IMG/VR virus record: IMGVR_UViG_2526164663_000052
Strand: one strand, 5' to 3'
Origin: a virus
Taxonomy: Duplodnaviria > Heunggongvirae > Uroviricota > Caudoviricetes
Length of the DNA stretch: 39,928 nt
Made by a program: the position numbers and the translations under genes
Shown here: piece after piece, positions 37,690 to 39,928 of the stretch
Layout: the number at the start of each line of letters is the position of its first letter
Position numbering within the stretch: position 1 is the first letter of the stretch
Notes under the pieces: model-generated
What the model was told of the DNA's origin: nothing
Databases searched by the model: none
What the model saw: the letters and a program-made list of their open reading frames with translations, nothing else

Positions 37690-37827
37690 GATCATTTTAT
37701 GATCGTTTTCACCACCTAACTCTTCGTTTCTTTAAGTAAATAATCACCGCCCTGAATCATTGTTGATGACTTTTAAATCTATTTGTTGTATCAATTAAAC
37801 AAATCGAATCGATCGTTTTTGTCGATC
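37690..37827. promoter_or_regulatory. Candidate mom-operon regulatory region with four GATC (Dam) sites in two pairs
   Basis: GATC at 37690, 37701, 37811 and 37824; the second pair sits in a near-palindrome AATCGATCGTTTTTGTCGATCGATT, ~50 bp upstream of com. The Mu mom promoter is known to be controlled by Dam methylation and OxyR. Confidence 0.5.
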
Positions 37828-37874
37828 GATTGCATGAGAAAGGCATCAACAACAAAGCAGGAGGTTATGCGGCC

Positions 37875-38075
37875 ATGTATCGAAACATACGGTGCCGACA
37901 CTGCAATAAGCTACTGGCACGGGCCAGTTTCAGTTATCTGGAAGTAAAATGTCCGCGCTGTAAAACCCTCAATCAAATCACATCTCCGAGCGCCACAGAG
38001 CACCCCACATACACAAGGAAATCCTGTCGTGGGGAACAGAAAGCAAGTCACATCCCGTATCATCAGCACGCCTGA
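37875..38075 (+). CDS. com: Com, zinc-finger translational activator of mom
   Basis: [14 protein letters not shown]...KCPRCK matches Mu Com (M..IRC.NCNKLL...RCPRCK) as I recall it; overlaps the start of mom. Confidence 0.8.
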   Translation: MYRNIRCRHCNKLLARASFSYLEVKCPRCKTLNQITSPSATEHPTYTRKSCRGEQKASHIPYHQHA

Positions 38076-38766
38076 ACTTATTCGCTATAACGACAATATC
38101 GTTGGTTATGGCTCCCGTGAGTTGCGGGTTGAGACAATAAGTTGCTGGCTGGCCAGACTGGTTATCGTCAATAAACATTACAGCCACCGTTTCGTAAATA
38201 ATTCCTACCTTCATCTGGGTATATTTTCAGAACGGGAACTTGTTGGCGTAATGCAATGGGGTTACGCCCTTAACCCAAACAGTGGTGCACGCGTCGTAAC
38301 GGGTACGCAGAACCGAGAATATATGGAGCTTAACCGGCTATGGATGCATGACTGTATGCCGAGAAACTCCGAATCAAGGGCAATCAGTTACGCGCTCAAG
38401 CTAATCAGGCAGCTTTATCCGCAGGTACAGTGGGTTCAGTCGTTTGCAGATGAGCGTTGTGGCTGTCTTGGTGTCGTGTATCAGGCAAGCAATTTTGATT
38501 ATGTAGGCAGCCATGAATCAACATTCTATGAACTTGATGGCGAGTGGTATCACGAGATTTGCAGGAGTGCCATTAAACGAGGCGGACAACGAGGTGAACA
38601 TCTGAGGGCTAATATCGACAGAGCCAGTGTGCATAAGTTCCGACAGTTTCGTTACATCCGGTTTCTGAACAAGAGGGCCAGAAAACGCCTCAACACAAAG
38701 CTATTCAAAGTCCAGCCTTACCCAAAACCACAAACAGTTAAAACTGGTTTGAAAGAGAGTGAATGA
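38029..38766 (+). CDS. mom: Mom DNA-modification protein (anti-restriction adenine modification)
   Basis: 245 aa from a GTG start overlapping com. It occupies the Mu mom position at the right end, immediately after com. Confidence 0.85.
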   Translation: MGNRKQVTSRIISTPELIRYNDNIVGYGSRELRVETISCWLARLVIVNKHYSHRFVNNSYLHLGIFSERELVGVMQWGYALNPNSGARVVTGTQNREYMELNRLWMHDCMPRNSESRAISYALKLIRQLYPQVQWVQSFADERCGCLGVVYQASNFDYVGSHESTFYELDGEWYHEICRSAIKRGGQRGEHLRANIDRASVHKFRQFRYIRFLNKRARKRLNTKLFKVQPYPKPQTVKTGLKESE

Positions 38767-38812
38767 GCGCTTAAAAACTCATTCTAAAACTCAAAAGAAA
38801 AGCGCCGATTTA

Positions 38813-38880
38813 GTATCAAATAAGTTGCGTATCGGCGTTTTTCAGCGGTATCAAATGAAATGCAAATCGGTATCAAAAAA
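38813..38880 (-). repeat. Right end with three GGTATCAAA motifs (38813-38820, 38848-38856, 38869-38877), inverted relative to the left end
   Basis: Seen directly; mirrors the left-end motifs. The terminal 12 bp CGCCGCGCTATA resembles the Mu right end as I recall it. Confidence 0.55.
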
Positions 38881-38896
38881 ATCGCCGCGCTATATG

Positions 38897-39082
38897 CTGG
38901 CGTTGTTGTTGTGTCTGTTTTCCGGCGGGTTAGCGATGTATGGCTACCTGCGCTGGTTACGCAATGAAAAAGCGATGCGTCTGAAAGAGGACCTGCCCTA
39001 CACCAACAGCTTATTAATCATTAGCTTAATATTGATGGTCGTGGCGGTGATCGTTATGGGACTGGTGTTGTATGCCGGATAG
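38897..39082 (+). pseudogene. yidH: 3' part of disrupted yidH
   Basis: In frame LALLLCLFSGGLAMYGYLRWLRNEKAMRLKEDLPYTNSLLIISLILMVVAVIVMGLVLYAG, continuing the protein that starts at 1..165. Confidence 0.75.
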
Positions 39083-39434
39083 CCGCAAAGCCAGACGCAT
39101 TGCCGACCCAGGACTGCAGCCGGAGCGCACATCACTGGCGTGGTTTCGTACCATGCTGGGCTACGGCGCGTTGATGGCGTTGGCTATCAAACACAACTGG
39201 CACCAGGCGGGCATGTTATTCTGGATTTCGATTGGCATTCTCGCCATCGTGGCGCTGATCCTCTGGCACTACACCCGTAATCGCAATTTAATGGATGTCA
39301 CGAATAGCGATTTTTCCCAATTTCACGTAGTCCGTGACAAATTTTTGATCTCCCTCGCGGTGTTATCTCTCGCAATACTGTTTGCTGTAACGCATATACA
39401 TCAACTTATCGTATTTATTGAGAGAGTCGCATGA
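39072..39434 (+). CDS. yidG: Host inner membrane protein YidG
   Basis: 120 aa starting MPDSRKARRIADPGLQPERTSLAWFRT (DUF202-like), overlapping the yidH stop. Confidence 0.8.
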   Translation: MPDSRKARRIADPGLQPERTSLAWFRTMLGYGALMALAIKHNWHQAGMLFWISIGILAIVALILWHYTRNRNLMDVTNSDFSQFHVVRDKFLISLAVLSLAILFAVTHIHQLIVFIERVA

Positions 39435-39928
39435 CAGGAAGTCAGGTCATTGATGCTGAAGAGGACAGGCATAAACTGGTTGTAGAGTACAAGGATGCTC
39501 TGCAACCTGCCGATTTTTATCACAATTTCAAACAGCGGGGCATCCGCTCCGTACAGCTCATTCCCTATCTTGAATTTGATGACCGGGGCGATCTGACGGC
39601 CGCTTCGGTGACAGCAGAGCTGTGGGGGAAATTTTTAATTGCCCTGTTCGAGTGTTGGGTGCGGGCAGATATCAGTCGTATCTCGATTGAGCTTTTTGAC
39701 GCCACCTTACAAAAATGGTGTGGCAGCGAAAACCCGCAACCGCGCCGTGACTGCCAGGCGTGCGACTGGCATCGCCTGTGCCCGCACGCTCGCCAGGAGA
39801 CGCCAGACAGCGTGCTTTGTGCGGGCTATCAGGCGTTTTATTCTTACTCCGCACCGCATATGCGGGTGATGCGTGATCTGATAAAGCAGCATCGTTCTCC
39901 CATGGAGCTGATGACGATGCTGCGGTGA
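39431..39928 (+). CDS. yidF: Host protein YidF
   Basis: 165 aa ending at the window edge with a stop; Cys-rich C-terminus; gene order yidH-yidG-yidF. Confidence 0.8.
   Translation: MTGSQVIDAEEDRHKLVVEYKDALQPADFYHNFKQRGIRSVQLIPYLEFDDRGDLTAASVTAELWGKFLIALFECWVRADISRISIELFDATLQKWCGSENPQPRRDCQACDWHRLCPHARQETPDSVLCAGYQAFYSYSAPHMRVMRDLIKQHRSPMELMTMLR

Larger units (their letters stand above)
165..38894. mobile_element. Mu-like transposable prophage, ~38.7 kb; ends uncertain by 1-2 bp
   Basis: Gene order matches Mu: c-ner-A-B, gam, gemA, mor, lys, terminase, portal, F, G, I, T, sheath, tube, tape measure, N, P, baseplate, S, invertible segment, gin, com, mom. The element is flanked by the two halves of yidH. 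Repeated TTTGATACC motifs sit in opposite orientation at the two ends, each 17 bp from the proposed terminus. Confidence 0.88.

Noticed and set aside
37348-37695. 115-aa minus-strand ORF in the com-upstream region
   Set aside because: It would span the zinc-ribbon gene start and the GATC regulatory region, and has no ribosome-binding site; the shorter 56-aa ORF with AAGGAG is preferred.

Overview
This window is almost entirely a ~38.7 kb Mu-like transposable prophage (about 165..38894) inserted inside the host inner-membrane gene yidH, with yidG and yidF following on the right. All calls are by eye from the ORF track and sequence; no searches were run. The prophage has Mu synteny from left to right: repressor, ner, transposase A and B, an early region of unknown genes, gam, a gemA-like gene, a Mor/C-family activator, a lysis cassette, head and tail modules, a Gin-invertible tail-fibre segment, and com-mom at the right end. 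The best candidates for something undescribed are two accessory regions that the Mu backbone does not explain. One is a ~3.2 kb cargo island between gin and com (34.6-37.9 kb) with an SGNH/SASA-type esterase-like protein and three small genes. The other is a block of eight unknown early genes (6459..9637) whose last part looks AT-rich. Other observations include an invertible segment with only one tail-fibre chaperone, a (GCCGAA)n repeat inside a head-region gene, and a tRNA-like hairpin between F and G. No CRISPR array, rRNA or convincing tRNA was seen.
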